From contig CBDCFW010000006.1 in NCBI GenBank assembly GCA_965216465.1, positions 864,001 to 928,000 of the forward strand: a stretch of DNA of 64,000 nucleotides, given 5' to 3'. Position numbers and translations under genes: made by a program. This DNA is from Bacteroidia bacterium. Lineage in GTDB: Bacteria > Bacteroidota > Bacteroidia > NS11-12g > UBA9320. Below, piece after piece: positions 1 to 9,972 of this stretch (position 1 is its first letter; each line of letters opens with the position of its first letter). The notes under the pieces were generated by a model. That model worked only from the letters and a program-made list of their open reading frames with translations, was not told the origin of the DNA and did no database searches.

Positions 1-2
1 CT

Positions 3-2090
3 GACCCTAAAGTCAACGAACTTATTAGCGAAAAATTGAATTCCGTTGATGGAAAATCTGACCATTATGGCGTGTGGGTTTACTATTCTTGGAGCAACAC
101 ACTTATTCACATTCTTGATGAGAAAGAATTTATTGAAGTTCGAACGAATCGAAACAACTATAAAATTACACCTGAAGAACAAGAGAAGCTCAGATCTAAA
201 GTTATAGGCATCGCTGGATTGTCAGTTGGCCGATCTGCTGCAGTCACTCTTGCTCTTGAACGTGTGGGCGGTGAAATACGTTTGGCTGACTTTGACGAAT
301 TAGAATTGTCGAATCTCAACAGAATTAAAGCACCCTTGGCATGCATAGGATTGAATAAAGCCATTTCTACGGCACGTGAGATTGCTGAAATGGACCCATT
401 TATTAATGTTGTGTGCTTTGACCAAGGATTGAATGAAGCAAACCTCCACGAGTTTTTTACCCAGGGAAGTAAGCTTGATCTTTTTGTAGAAGAATGCGAT
501 GACATCAAAATCAAAATTCTATCGAGACAGAAAGCCAAAGAATTACAGGTTCCTGTAATTATGGAAACAAGTGATAATTGCATTATCGATATTGAGCGAT
601 TTGATCTAGAACCAGAACGTCCGATAATTCATGGTCAGCTAGAAGGCTTGAGTCTAGAACAAGTAAAAGAACTCAAAACTCAAGAAGAAAAGCTGCCTTT
701 TATTACTCGATTTTCAGGAGTTGATACTTTATCGCCACGAATGAAAAGTTCAATGATCGAAATTGAACGCACTATTCGTACTTGGCCTCAACTCGCATCG
801 GATGTAACTTATGGAGCAGGCTTAGTAACTTATATGAGTCGAGAAATTTTGCTTGGACATCTATCCGAATCAGGTAGATATTCAGGTGATATCAAAGATA
901 TTTTCAAACAGAAAATGAATGCTCCAAAGCAAAGCAGCGGAGCAATTTTATCAACTAATGAGCAAGTTGGAGCAGTTATTAAGCGATTAAAGCCCATTGG
1001 CACAAGGAGTGAAGTTGAAATTCCAAAATCAATTCTAGAGAAAATGGTTAAGGACTCGCTACGTGCTACTACTTTAGGTAACTTACAAATGCTGAATTAT
1101 GCCTATATCAATAATGTACTTTACCTTCTTTACGATAAAGAAAGAGGATACTCCTTCTCAGATATGTATGGTATCGGCTCGAAAATTAGTCTTGGTGCAA
1201 TTTTAGAAGGATTGAACGTGAGTGCGGCTTATCATGGATATGCATTGGACATCAATTACCACCCTCATGCAGAAATAGAAGAGGTGGCTGCAGAAATTGT
1301 ATTTGAACCAAAAACCAAAAACGGTTATCCAACTGAATCGGAATACCTATCACTGCACGAACGCTATACGGACCGAAGCAGATCTAACAATGGCAAAGTT
1401 TTAGGCAGCAAAATTGATCAACTAAATGTGTCGTTAGCCGATACAAACACCAGACTTCAGTATATTGATGATAGCAACAAAGTAGAGGCACTTTCGTCTA
1501 TACTGGCTGAAATTGATCGCATTCGAATTCAGTATAAAAACACACACGCAGACTTATTTAATGAGCTGAAATTCCCGAAAGAAGGACAAGAGCTTAAGGA
1601 GGGGATTAATATCGACGAAGTTGATTTGAAACCATCAGAAAAGGTGGGCTTCCAAATGACTAAGGACTATAGAGCTATTGAATTACTTAATGATTTAGAT
1701 TTAGGATCTAGGTTAGGAGAATTAACGTCGCAATTCATATCAACTTCCAGCGGTGTAGGATTGCTTACAATTAATAAGCAGTTGGCGAATCAATTTTATG
1801 AGGGTGGAAGAGTTGTACAACGATTTTGGATGAAGTGTAGTGAATTGGGTGTGGCATTACATCCTTTTACGGCATTAATGTTCTTCCATGAGCATATTAA
1901 GCGAGGAAATATTGAAAGCCCTTACAAAGAGAGGCTAGAAAATAAAATCAACGAGTTTTATTCATATTTCGAGCTTGAAGATGAAATGTCTGAGCTGTTT
2001 ATTTTCAGGTTGCTCAATCCTGATAAATCAAGTACGAAGAAAGTTACTACTAAAAGAAGAGATATAGATGAAATATTATTCACCGAATAA
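3..2090 (+). CDS. Rv1355c/OxzB-like ThiF adenylyltransferase-nitroreductase di-domain protein (5' truncated by window edge)
   Basis: Frame is open from base 3. ThiF motifs GIAGLSVG, DFDELELSNLNR and EECD; C-terminal nitroreductase-like half (RYTDR, GGRVVQRFW..GVALHP); N-terminal YGVWVYYSW...EVRTNRN typical of the Rv1355c family. Confidence 0.85.
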   Translation, partial: DPKVNELISEKLNSVDGKSDHYGVWVYYSWSNTLIHILDEKEFIEVRTNRNNYKITPEEQEKLRSKVIGIAGLSVGRSAAVTLALERVGGEIRLADFDELELSNLNRIKAPLACIGLNKAISTAREIAEMDPFINVVCFDQGLNEANLHEFFTQGSKLDLFVEECDDIKIKILSRQKAKELQVPVIMETSDNCIIDIERFDLEPERPIIHGQLEGLSLEQVKELKTQEEKLPFITRFSGVDTLSPRMKSSMIEIERTIRTWPQLASDVTYGAGLVTYMSREILLGHLSESGRYSGDIKDIFKQKMNAPKQSSGAILSTNEQVGAVIKRLKPIGTRSEVEIPKSILEKMVKDSLRATTLGNLQMLNYAYINNVLYLLYDKERGYSFSDMYGIGSKISLGAILEGLNVSAAYHGYALDINYHPHAEIEEVAAEIVFEPKTKNGYPTESEYLSLHERYTDRSRSNNGKVLGSKIDQLNVSLADTNTRLQYIDDSNKVEALSSILAEIDRIRIQYKNTHADLFNELKFPKEGQELKEGINIDEVDLKPSEKVGFQMTKDYRAIELLNDLDLGSRLGELTSQFISTSSGVGLLTINKQLANQFYEGGRVVQRFWMKCSELGVALHPFTALMFFHEHIKRGNIESPYKERLENKINEFYSYFELEDEMSELFIFRLLNPDKSSTKKVTTKRRDIDEILFTE

Positions 2091-2778
2091 AGTGCTGACG
2101 GCGGCTCGAAAGATTAAAATCTTTGGTTTTTGGGCAAAAGACAACCCTGACTATTGCAATATTTTTGAATATGGTCATAGAAAGGTACTCACAGACCATG
2201 GGTTGAACCTGACCTCAAATAACAACGATTGGAAAACGCAAGAGAATGTGTTTGTATTCTTGGCATTTGAAGGAAACACACCGGTTGGAGGTATTCGGTT
2301 TGAAAAATATGACCCGCGTTACAAACTTTCAGTTGAACGAGCACTACACATGCATGACAAGAACATCATGGAATCAATCAAGGAGAATAACCTTGGTGAA
2401 TTTGGAGAGGCCTGCGGCTTATGGAATGACAAAATCGTGTCTGGTGAAGGACTATCCGTAGTGCTATCTCATCTGTGCTTTATTTACGCACCCATGCTGG
2501 CTTGTGATCACATGATAGCCTTCAATGGAATCTATACTTACAAGATTTCACGAAGTATGGGAGGCCAAATTGTCGATAACATCGGTGATGAAGGCATTTT
2601 CAAATATCCAAACGAACGATTCAAGTCGGCGGTCTGGAAATTTGATCTACAGAACTTCCAAGGAACAACCAAAGAATTTGAACAGCGTGTGTTGCAATTG
2701 AGAAAGAATATAGAACCCGAGTTTATTGTAAATAATACCAAGAATGGACTACATATTAAGTTGTCAAACAAAATTTAA
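2068..2778 (+). CDS. Putative N-acyltransferase (GNAT/FeeM/OxzA-like N-acyl amino acid synthase fold)
   Basis: 236 aa, overlaps both neighbours. VFLAFEGNTPVGGIRF and GEACGLWN segments resemble GNAT/LuxI-fold acyltransferases; fold inferred from motifs and context. Confidence 0.55.
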   Translation: MKYYSPNKVLTAARKIKIFGFWAKDNPDYCNIFEYGHRKVLTDHGLNLTSNNNDWKTQENVFVFLAFEGNTPVGGIRFEKYDPRYKLSVERALHMHDKNIMESIKENNLGEFGEACGLWNDKIVSGEGLSVVLSHLCFIYAPMLACDHMIAFNGIYTYKISRSMGGQIVDNIGDEGIFKYPNERFKSAVWKFDLQNFQGTTKEFEQRVLQLRKNIEPEFIVNNTKNGLHIKLSNKI

Positions 2779-4915
2779 ATCACTAATAAAGAAGGGGTTA
2801 ATTGTTCTATTTGCCTTTCTTTCTTTACAATCTTTTTCACAAGAGGTAGTAACCATTCAGGCTGCTGATACTTCATTTCAAGTAGAAGGCGAGAAGGTAT
2901 ACCATGGTCTTTTAGCAAATGCTGACATGCTTAAAGACTCTATTGCAACGATGGAGTGGGTGACATTCAACGCAACCAAGACTTTCAACTTAACTGAGGC
3001 ACATACTGACCACGTTCTCCGTGTAACATTAAACAACGAATCTGCTGAAGAAAATTGGCATATAACCATTCCTGCCCCTCATTTAGACTCTGTAACCTTG
3101 GTTTATAACCTCGAAACCGAAAGTCCAGTTAAGCTATTGTCAGGAGACATGGTCTGTAGATCTGAACGACAAATTGATGATGCAAGTCACTCATTCGCAG
3201 TGCAAATCCCAAAGGGTGAAACGAAAACATTTTATGTGATTGTAAGAAGCGACGGTGCCAAAGTAATGCCGATAGTGATTGAATCACAACAAGCATTTTA
3301 CGCTGGAGTGTCTACTCGAAACATATTCTTCGGGATTTTCTCGGGTATCATGGTTATCATGTTTGTATACAACCTAATTGTATTCTCATATACACGTGAT
3401 AAGAACTATTTGTACTACATTTTTTATGTACTATTTATTTTCTTGGCTCAGTCTAACCTACTTGGAATCAGTTATTACTTTGCTGGATATTCGCCAACCA
3501 TTAATAACTTATTGATGTATGTTGGGAGTGCTGTGTCAGGGGTGTTTGGAGGACTATTTCTACGACACTTCTTAAAAACCTATATCACGGTTCCTAAGTT
3601 GAATTTTATGCTATCTGTGGTAATTGCAGTGTACATTGTTCAACTCTTGTTGGCCCTTCTCGGTTTCTTTGAATTTAGCTTTATCCTTATACAACTTGCT
3701 GGCTTCTTGGTCGTGATCACATTTGCGTCAATCTCAATTAAGCTTTCTATAGCAGGAGAGCGGTTTGCTAAGATATATCTTGTTGCGTGGACGCCAATTT
3801 TTGTAGGATTAGTATTCTTAATTCTCAGAGATAGCGGCGTGTTGCCTTTCACAGATTTGATCAATAATATGTTCCCTGTTGGTGTGATTTTAGAAACGGT
3901 AATGCTGTCTCTAGCATTGGCTAATCAGATTACTGTGCTTAAACGCGATAAGGAAACAGCAAATCAGCGAGTAATTGAAGAAGTGAAAAAGAATGAAGAG
4001 CTGGTTAGAAATCAAAACATTGTACTTGAAGAGAAAGTGGCACTTAGAACCCAAGAGTTAGAAAGTGCCCTTAATAATCTTAAATCGACTCAATCTCAAC
4101 TGGTGCAATCTGAAAAGATGGCATCTCTGGGTGTGCTCACCGCTGGAATTGCACACGAGATTAATAATCCGATAAATTTTGTAACGGCAAATGTTATCCC
4201 GTTAAGAGAAAATATCGAGTCTTTGAGCGACCTCCTTTCAGAGTATAAAAATATTGATAGAAGCAATTTTGAAGACGAGCTTGCTCGAATCGAAAAGAAG
4301 GAAGAAGAAGTTGAGCTTGATTACATCTTAAAGGAGACTGACGAGTTAATTAATGGTATTGAAGAAGGAGCAAAACGTACCCATACCATTGTTGATGGAC
4401 TAAAAACCTTCAGTAGGGGAGATGCTGGTTCAAATAGTCTTGCAGACCTTAATGTTGGTATTAACAGTACGCTATCGGTACTTAAAAGTCGTTTAAATGG
4501 AGTCAAAGTAACTAAACAGCTTGCTTCTGATCTTCCAAGAATTAATTGTCAAATTGGTAAAATAAACCAAGTATTTTTAAATCTGGTAAACAATGCACTC
4601 GACGCATTGGAAATTGTAAATGGTCCAAATTCTAATCAATCTAATATCGTAATTAAGTCTTATTCAAAAGAGGATAAGATATACGTTGAAATTCAAGATG
4701 ATGGTAATGGAATCAGTGAAAATGACCAAAAGAAAATATTTGAGCCATTTTTTACCACCAAGCCAATTGGAAAAGGAACAGGTTTAGGGCTATCTATTTC
4801 GTACGGAATAATTGAAGAACATCATGGTGAAATGAAGCTGGAATCTGAAGTGGGCAAAGGCACCACATTTACCGTTATTATTCCTGTAACTGATGACGAG
4901 AGCGAGCCTCTTTAA
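2744..4915 (+). CDS. 7TM-DISM sensor histidine kinase (DISMED2 + 7TM + HisKA + HATPase)
   Basis: Signal peptide, extracellular domain, 7 hydrophobic helices, H-box AHEINNP, N-box QVFLNLVNNALDA, DDGNG, FEPFFTTK, GTGLGL; exact start uncertain. Confidence 0.9.
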   Translation: MDYILSCQTKFKSLIKKGLIVLFAFLSLQSFSQEVVTIQAADTSFQVEGEKVYHGLLANADMLKDSIATMEWVTFNATKTFNLTEAHTDHVLRVTLNNESAEENWHITIPAPHLDSVTLVYNLETESPVKLLSGDMVCRSERQIDDASHSFAVQIPKGETKTFYVIVRSDGAKVMPIVIESQQAFYAGVSTRNIFFGIFSGIMVIMFVYNLIVFSYTRDKNYLYYIFYVLFIFLAQSNLLGISYYFAGYSPTINNLLMYVGSAVSGVFGGLFLRHFLKTYITVPKLNFMLSVVIAVYIVQLLLALLGFFEFSFILIQLAGFLVVITFASISIKLSIAGERFAKIYLVAWTPIFVGLVFLILRDSGVLPFTDLINNMFPVGVILETVMLSLALANQITVLKRDKETANQRVIEEVKKNEELVRNQNIVLEEKVALRTQELESALNNLKSTQSQLVQSEKMASLGVLTAGIAHEINNPINFVTANVIPLRENIESLSDLLSEYKNIDRSNFEDELARIEKKEEEVELDYILKETDELINGIEEGAKRTHTIVDGLKTFSRGDAGSNSLADLNVGINSTLSVLKSRLNGVKVTKQLASDLPRINCQIGKINQVFLNLVNNALDALEIVNGPNSNQSNIVIKSYSKEDKIYVEIQDDGNGISENDQKKIFEPFFTTKPIGKGTGLGLSISYGIIEEHHGEMKLESEVGKGTTFTVIIPVTDDESEPL

Positions 4916-5945
4916 TAATTCCTCGAATCCAAATAGGAAATACAATAATTCCCAAGAATAAATACGGGAAGTAACTAATTAATCGCCACAAAACGGAGGT
5001 ACTGTTTGCCAACTGTGGGTTGCTGAAGTATTCCCCCAAAAATGCAGGAAAAAGCAACTCCGCGAGACCACTTGCACCTGGAGTTACAGGCAACATTAAG
5101 GCTCCCCACATGATTAATTGACGAGCAAATATCTCAAGCACTTCTGTTCCGTGACCAAATGCTAAAATCAAGAAGTTTACTAAGGCAAAGCGAGCAGTCC
5201 AAGAAAATAGGGTCGCTCCAAATGCTTTAAACCAAAAAGGTCTTCTTTTTAGTCTAAATTCTTCTGACGCTACCAATAACTCATCACCCCAAACCTTAGC
5301 ATTTTCTTTCCATCTTCTTAGTAATGGAAGTCTAAAAATCCCTTTTAGAATACCACTTACAACTTGGGGACGTATGAAAATCCCGACATAAACAACAACA
5401 GCCCAAACGATGAGAATAACGTAAGATGCGATGAAGTATCCTTTCATCAACGAGCCACTGAAAACCCCAATCTGACCCGGAATTTGACTATTAAGTCCAG
5501 TAAAAATTAGAAGAAGTGGAACAGCTAGAACATAGAACAATACGTCTAAATAAGATGTAGCGAGAACAATAGCTGTAGATTTTCCTGTTCCAAGTTTTTT
5601 CTCTTGTGCCAGTAAGATAAAGGCTGCAGCGGTGCCTCCAACTATTCCCGGTGAAATTGCCGAAGAGAATTCCCAGAGCACAACAAGGTGAAAGCACTTT
5701 CTCCAACTCAATTTTTCATCACTTAAAATCCGAAGGCGGTATACGTATCCCAAGAAACGGAATCCGACCATGATTAAAGCAAGGATAAACCAAAAAAGTA
5801 CATTAACTCCCCAGTCTATGTCTTTGTAGGCATTTGGATCAAAATCTCGATAGAAAAAATAGAACACAACAGCGACCCCTATAACGATAGGAATTATGAG
5901 GTTACGTCCCTCAAAATATTTTCGCAGTTGTCGTACTGAACTCAA
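4878..5945 (-). CDS. Lysylphosphatidylglycerol synthase TM-domain (UPF0104) flippase-like membrane protein
   Basis: Polytopic; SAISPGIVGG, PVTPGASGLAE and WRLISY motifs. Confidence 0.8.
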   Translation of the reverse strand: MSSVRQLRKYFEGRNLIIPIVIGVAVVFYFFYRDFDPNAYKDIDWGVNVLFWFILALIMVGFRFLGYVYRLRILSDEKLSWRKCFHLVVLWEFSSAISPGIVGGTAAAFILLAQEKKLGTGKSTAIVLATSYLDVLFYVLAVPLLLIFTGLNSQIPGQIGVFSGSLMKGYFIASYVILIVWAVVVYVGIFIRPQVVSGILKGIFRLPLLRRWKENAKVWGDELLVASEEFRLKRRPFWFKAFGATLFSWTARFALVNFLILAFGHGTEVLEIFARQLIMWGALMLPVTPGASGLAELLFPAFLGEYFSNPQLANSTSVLWRLISYFPYLFLGIIVFPIWIRGIIKEARSRHQLQE

Positions 5946-7402
5946 GTCAATGCGTTTACTTTTTGTCCTTGTGCTAATGAATATTTACGCTCACCGTTGA
6001 TGGTAATCAACATTTCAATAGAGCCTATAGTAAGGAAGTCGTACATACGAATAGCTTGCTCCATGAAGCGTTTTTTCTTTACTTCCTTGGTTGTGTTCTT
6101 TTCAATTCTAACTACATATGTATTTACAAGGTCAGTGAACACAGACCCTTCAGGCCATACTTGTGTACCACGGTTTGTAATAGTTGTAACTTCCATGTCT
6201 TCATCCAAGTTGGCTTGAGCAATTGCAGCAATTCTTTCGGGTTGCTCTTCAGACTCAATAAATAAATCGATACCTACCGTTTCAATCACATCGTCACTGG
6301 CAACAAGCATTCTATTGCTGTCTAACATTTGTGGTTTGTGATGCTTTTCGGCATCGTGGTCGGTAATGTTTGAAATATCAAGTTCATTTATTACGGCTTG
6401 TGCAAATTCTTTGGTACCTAAAGCGTTTGCTCTATCGGCTCCAAAATCTCCAGTATGAATTCCTTTGTCAATGGCGTCTAAAAGTGCTTTACGAATTGCG
6501 TAGCCGTACTCTTCTAATCCCATTTGGTTAAGCATCATCGTTCCGCTAAGCAATAACGAAGTAGGATTAGCTAAATTTTTTCCTGCAATGTCAGGGGCGG
6601 TTCCGTGAACAGCCTCAAATATTTTAATATGGTCTCCAAGGTTTGCAGATGGCGCAAATCCTAAACCACCAACAAGCCCGGCACAAAGATCTGAAACAAT
6701 GTCTCCTTGTAGGTTGGTTAAAACAACACACTGAAATTTATCAGGCTCGTAAACCAACTTCATGCAAAGTGCATCTACAATTACATCATCAGCTTCAATT
6801 TGAGGATAGTCTTTAGCAATCTCATAAAATGTATCGAGGAACATTCCATCTGTTAACTTCATGATGTTTGCTTTGTGCCCACAAGTTACACGTGTATATC
6901 CCTCTTTGATAGCAGTTTCAAAAGCAGAACGAATCACTTGCTGAGATCCAGGGCGTGATATAATTCTACGGCTAACAGCAACATCTTTTGTCATATAGTG
7001 CTCAATTCCTCCGTATGTATCTTCGATGTTTTCCCTAACAATTGTAATATCAATAGGAATTCCAGCCTTGCTAAATACCGTGTCAACGCCTTTAATCGAT
7101 TTGAACTTTCTGATGTTCGAATGGGTATTCCAAGTTTTACGGGCGGTAACATTGATACTTTTTACCCCACCGCCTTTTGGTGTTTCCATCGGACCTTTGA
7201 ATAAAACTCCAGTGTTCTCAACACTAACCTTTGCTTCATCTGTCATTCCCGTAGTGAAACCTTGGTCGTAAACACCTTTTCCCATAGCTACAAAATCGTA
7301 ATCTAAAGGAACATTTGCGGCGTTGAAGATGTCGAGAACGGCGTCCATAATTTCAGGACCGATTCCGTCCCCTTTTGCTACTGATATTTTTACTTTATCC
7401 AT
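5942..7402 (-). CDS. icd: NADP-dependent isocitrate dehydrogenase with C-terminal extension
   Basis: GDGIGPEI, KGPMETP, RENIED, HKANIMK, NLQGDIVSD, FEAVHGTAPDIAG; ATG at 7402 preferred over the ORF-track start 7447. Confidence 0.9.
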   Translation of the reverse strand: MDKVKISVAKGDGIGPEIMDAVLDIFNAANVPLDYDFVAMGKGVYDQGFTTGMTDEAKVSVENTGVLFKGPMETPKGGGVKSINVTARKTWNTHSNIRKFKSIKGVDTVFSKAGIPIDITIVRENIEDTYGGIEHYMTKDVAVSRRIISRPGSQQVIRSAFETAIKEGYTRVTCGHKANIMKLTDGMFLDTFYEIAKDYPQIEADDVIVDALCMKLVYEPDKFQCVVLTNLQGDIVSDLCAGLVGGLGFAPSANLGDHIKIFEAVHGTAPDIAGKNLANPTSLLLSGTMMLNQMGLEEYGYAIRKALLDAIDKGIHTGDFGADRANALGTKEFAQAVINELDISNITDHDAEKHHKPQMLDSNRMLVASDDVIETVGIDLFIESEEQPERIAAIAQANLDEDMEVTTITNRGTQVWPEGSVFTDLVNTYVVRIEKNTTKEVKKKRFMEQAIRMYDFLTIGSIEMLITINGERKYSLAQGQKVNALT

Positions 7403-7574
7403 ATGTCTTTTTTGAAAGAGCTGCAAAGGTAGCAAAGTTATAGCCAAGTTCTAGCGATTTGGGCACACTTTTTGTGCGTTTGGAAATGCGTTAAAATGCT
7501 GATTTATATTAGTGTTTATGGTAGAATATGCTACTTTTGCAGGTTCTTAATATAAGCGAGAAAGATTTTATTAA

Positions 7575-8438
7575 ATGAGACAACTTAAAATTTCAAAACA
7601 GTTTACCAATAGGGAAAACAAGTCATTAGACAAATACCTTAATGAAATTTCTAAAGTGCCGATGATCGATGCTCAAGAAGAAGTGGAATTAGCACGTCGT
7701 ATTCGAGAGGGTGATCAAGCAGCTTTAGAGAAGTTGGTAAATGCCAATCTTCGTTTCGTTGTTTCCGTATCTAAACAGTACCAGAATCAAGGGTTAACCT
7801 TAGGAGATTTAATCAACGAGGGAAATCTTGGTTTGATAAAAGCGGCTAAACGTTTTGATGAAACAAGAGGTTTTAAGTTTATTTCTTATGCTGTTTGGTG
7901 GATTCGTCAATCTATTCTTCAGGCACTTGCAGATCAAAGTAGAATTGTTCGTCTTCCTTTGAACAAGGTTGGATCAATAGGGCGTATCAGTGCAGCAGCT
8001 GCTCGTTTAGAGCAATTGCAAGAGCGTGAGCCTACTGCTGAAGAAATTGCTAAAGAGCTTGAAATTAATGTGACTGAGGTTGAGAATGCATTCAAGTCTT
8101 CTGGTCGTCACTTGTCAATCGATGCTCCATTGATTGAAGGAGAGGATAACAGTTTATTAGGAGTTCTTGATAACAACGATGAGCCTAATCCTGATCAGCC
8201 TTTAATGGATGAGTCGCTTAGAAAAGAAATTAATCGTGTAATCTCGACTCTTTCAGAAAAGGAGCGCGACGTTTTGAAATATTACTACGGCTTAGATGGA
8301 GGTCCGGCACATACCTTAGAAGATATTAGCGATAAGGTTGGACTTACTCGAGAGCGCGTACGTCAGATTAAAGAAAAAGCGCTTAGACGACTAAGAAAGT
8401 CATCAAAAAGCAAAATCCTAAAATCATACTTAGGGTAA
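7575..8438 (+). CDS. rpoD: Primary sigma-70 factor, Bacteroidota type (no region 1.1)
   Basis: MRQLKI start, [43 protein letters not shown]. Confidence 0.9.
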   Translation: MRQLKISKQFTNRENKSLDKYLNEISKVPMIDAQEEVELARRIREGDQAALEKLVNANLRFVVSVSKQYQNQGLTLGDLINEGNLGLIKAAKRFDETRGFKFISYAVWWIRQSILQALADQSRIVRLPLNKVGSIGRISAAAARLEQLQEREPTAEEIAKELEINVTEVENAFKSSGRHLSIDAPLIEGEDNSLLGVLDNNDEPNPDQPLMDESLRKEINRVISTLSEKERDVLKYYYGLDGGPAHTLEDISDKVGLTRERVRQIKEKALRRLRKSSKSKILKSYLG

Positions 8439-8444
8439 GATATT

Positions 8445-8467
8445 AAGGGCCGAAAGGCCCTTTTTTT
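8445..8467 (+). terminator. Intrinsic terminator after rpoD
   Basis: AAGGGCC-GAAA-GGCCCTT hairpin + T tract. Confidence 0.85.
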
Positions 8468-8572
8468 ATGGAACAAATTTGGCTTTAAACTTCAAGGCTT
8501 TCGAAAATTATTTTTTTATTCGATTGAAATAATACTACACTTGCAGTCGAATTAAGTTCTTTAACGAAATTT

Positions 8573-8673
8573 TCTTATCAAGAAAAGCCGAGGGAATTGG
8601 CCCGATGACGCTTTAGCAACCTACCTCCGGTAAGGTGCTAACTCCAATCTCACATATGTGGGAACAGATAAGT
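8573..8673 (+). promoter_or_regulatory. SAM-I (S-box) riboswitch aptamer
   Basis: P1 CTTATC...GATAAG; AGA..GCCGAGGGA.TGGCCCG.TGA; GCAACC; AAGGTGCTAA.TCC; lies upstream of Met biosynthesis genes. Confidence 0.9.
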
Positions 8674-8713
8674 AGTGAATTGTAACAAATCGTGAGAACA
8701 CGTTAAGATATAC

Positions 8714-8749
8714 AAGGCTCTTCTGCTTATCAGGAGAGCCTTTTTTTTT
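8714..8749 (+). terminator. Riboswitch-controlled terminator (expression platform)
   Basis: AAGGCTCTTCTG-CTTAT-CAGGAGAGCCTT stem followed by a T9 tract, before the metB start. Confidence 0.85.
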
Positions 8750-8802
8750 GGCTCTTCCTGAGGCTCTTTTTGATAGTTTTTTAACCTAATAATTATTTAA
8801 AA

Positions 8803-9972
8803 ATGAGCAGAATTACAGAAATTATTCATTCCGTACCAGTAGACGAATTAACAGGATCTATCAGCGTACCCGTTTATCAAACTTCAACATTCGTACAACG
8901 TGCACCTGGTGTAAACAAGGGGTACGACTATGCCCGTTCTGGGAATCCAACTCGTTCAGCCCTCGAAAGTGTGCTTTGCAAACTAGAAAATGGTGCAGGA
9001 GTAAGTGTGTTCTCCACCGGGCTAGCAGCTATTGATGCCGTAATCAAACTATTTAATGCTGGTGATGAGATTATCGCTGTCGATGACATTTATGGAGGTG
9101 CTTACCGCCTCTTTGAACATGTGTTTTCACGATTAGGAATCAAAGTGCACTATGTTGACACTACCGAGACAGCTAATCTAGTTAATTACATTAGTGACAG
9201 AACAAAATGCATTTGGCTAGAAACTCCAACCAATCCTACATTAAAAGTGAGTGACATTAATGCCGCAGCCAAGTTGGCCCAATCTATTGATGCATTATTG
9301 GTTGTAGACAACACATTTGCCAGTCCGATTGCTCAACAGCCGATTCAATTGGGAGCAGACGTTGTTATTCACAGTGCAACAAAGTATTTAGGAGGACATT
9401 CTGATTTGGTAGCTGGAGCAGTTATTTGTAAATCAGAAAAATTAGCTGAACGTATTCAGTTTATTCAAAACGCATCGGGGGCTATTCTGGGACCTTGGGA
9501 TTGTTTTCTAGTGTTGAGAGGAATAGAAACCTTAGACCTAAGATTCAGAAGGCAATGTGAAACAGCATTGCAAATAGCTCAATATTTGGACTCGCATCCT
9601 GATATTGACCAAGTGCATTACCCCGGATTAGTCTCACATCAAAATCATCATATTGCCAAGAAACAACAACGTGGCTTGTACGGCGGAGTTGTATCGTTCT
9701 CACTAAAGGAAGATAAAACTTCTGTAGCGTCAAAGTTTGTTTCGAACACCAAATACTTTAAACTGGCAGAGAGTTTGGGTGGAGTAAAAAGTCTTATTTG
9801 TCAACCGGCCCTTATGACACATGCTTCGGTACCCAGAGAGAAACGCTTGGCATCAGGAGTTCAAGACTCGCTTATCAGATTGTCTTGCGGTATAGAAGAC
9901 GTCGAGGATTTAATCATTGATTTAGAAACAACATTTGAATTGATCAAACGAAAGGAGGTGGAAGTATTATGA
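8803..9972 (+). CDS. metB: Cystathionine gamma-synthase/lyase (Cys/Met PLP-dependent enzyme)
   Basis: YARSGNPT, ETPTNP, DNTF, HSATKYLGGHSD, AESLGG; synthase versus lyase specificity not resolvable from sequence. Confidence 0.8.
   Translation: MSRITEIIHSVPVDELTGSISVPVYQTSTFVQRAPGVNKGYDYARSGNPTRSALESVLCKLENGAGVSVFSTGLAAIDAVIKLFNAGDEIIAVDDIYGGAYRLFEHVFSRLGIKVHYVDTTETANLVNYISDRTKCIWLETPTNPTLKVSDINAAAKLAQSIDALLVVDNTFASPIAQQPIQLGADVVIHSATKYLGGHSDLVAGAVICKSEKLAERIQFIQNASGAILGPWDCFLVLRGIETLDLRFRRQCETALQIAQYLDSHPDIDQVHYPGLVSHQNHHIAKKQQRGLYGGVVSFSLKEDKTSVASKFVSNTKYFKLAESLGGVKSLICQPALMTHASVPREKRLASGVQDSLIRLSCGIEDVEDLIIDLETTFELIKRKEVEVL

Noticed and set aside
3-2090. ThiF protein as an anti-phage E1 enzyme or MoeB/ThiF cofactor enzyme
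   Set aside because: No E2, JAB, ubiquitin-like, ThiS or MoaD partner in view; the nitroreductase fusion and acyltransferase-like neighbour fit Rv1355c/OxzB better
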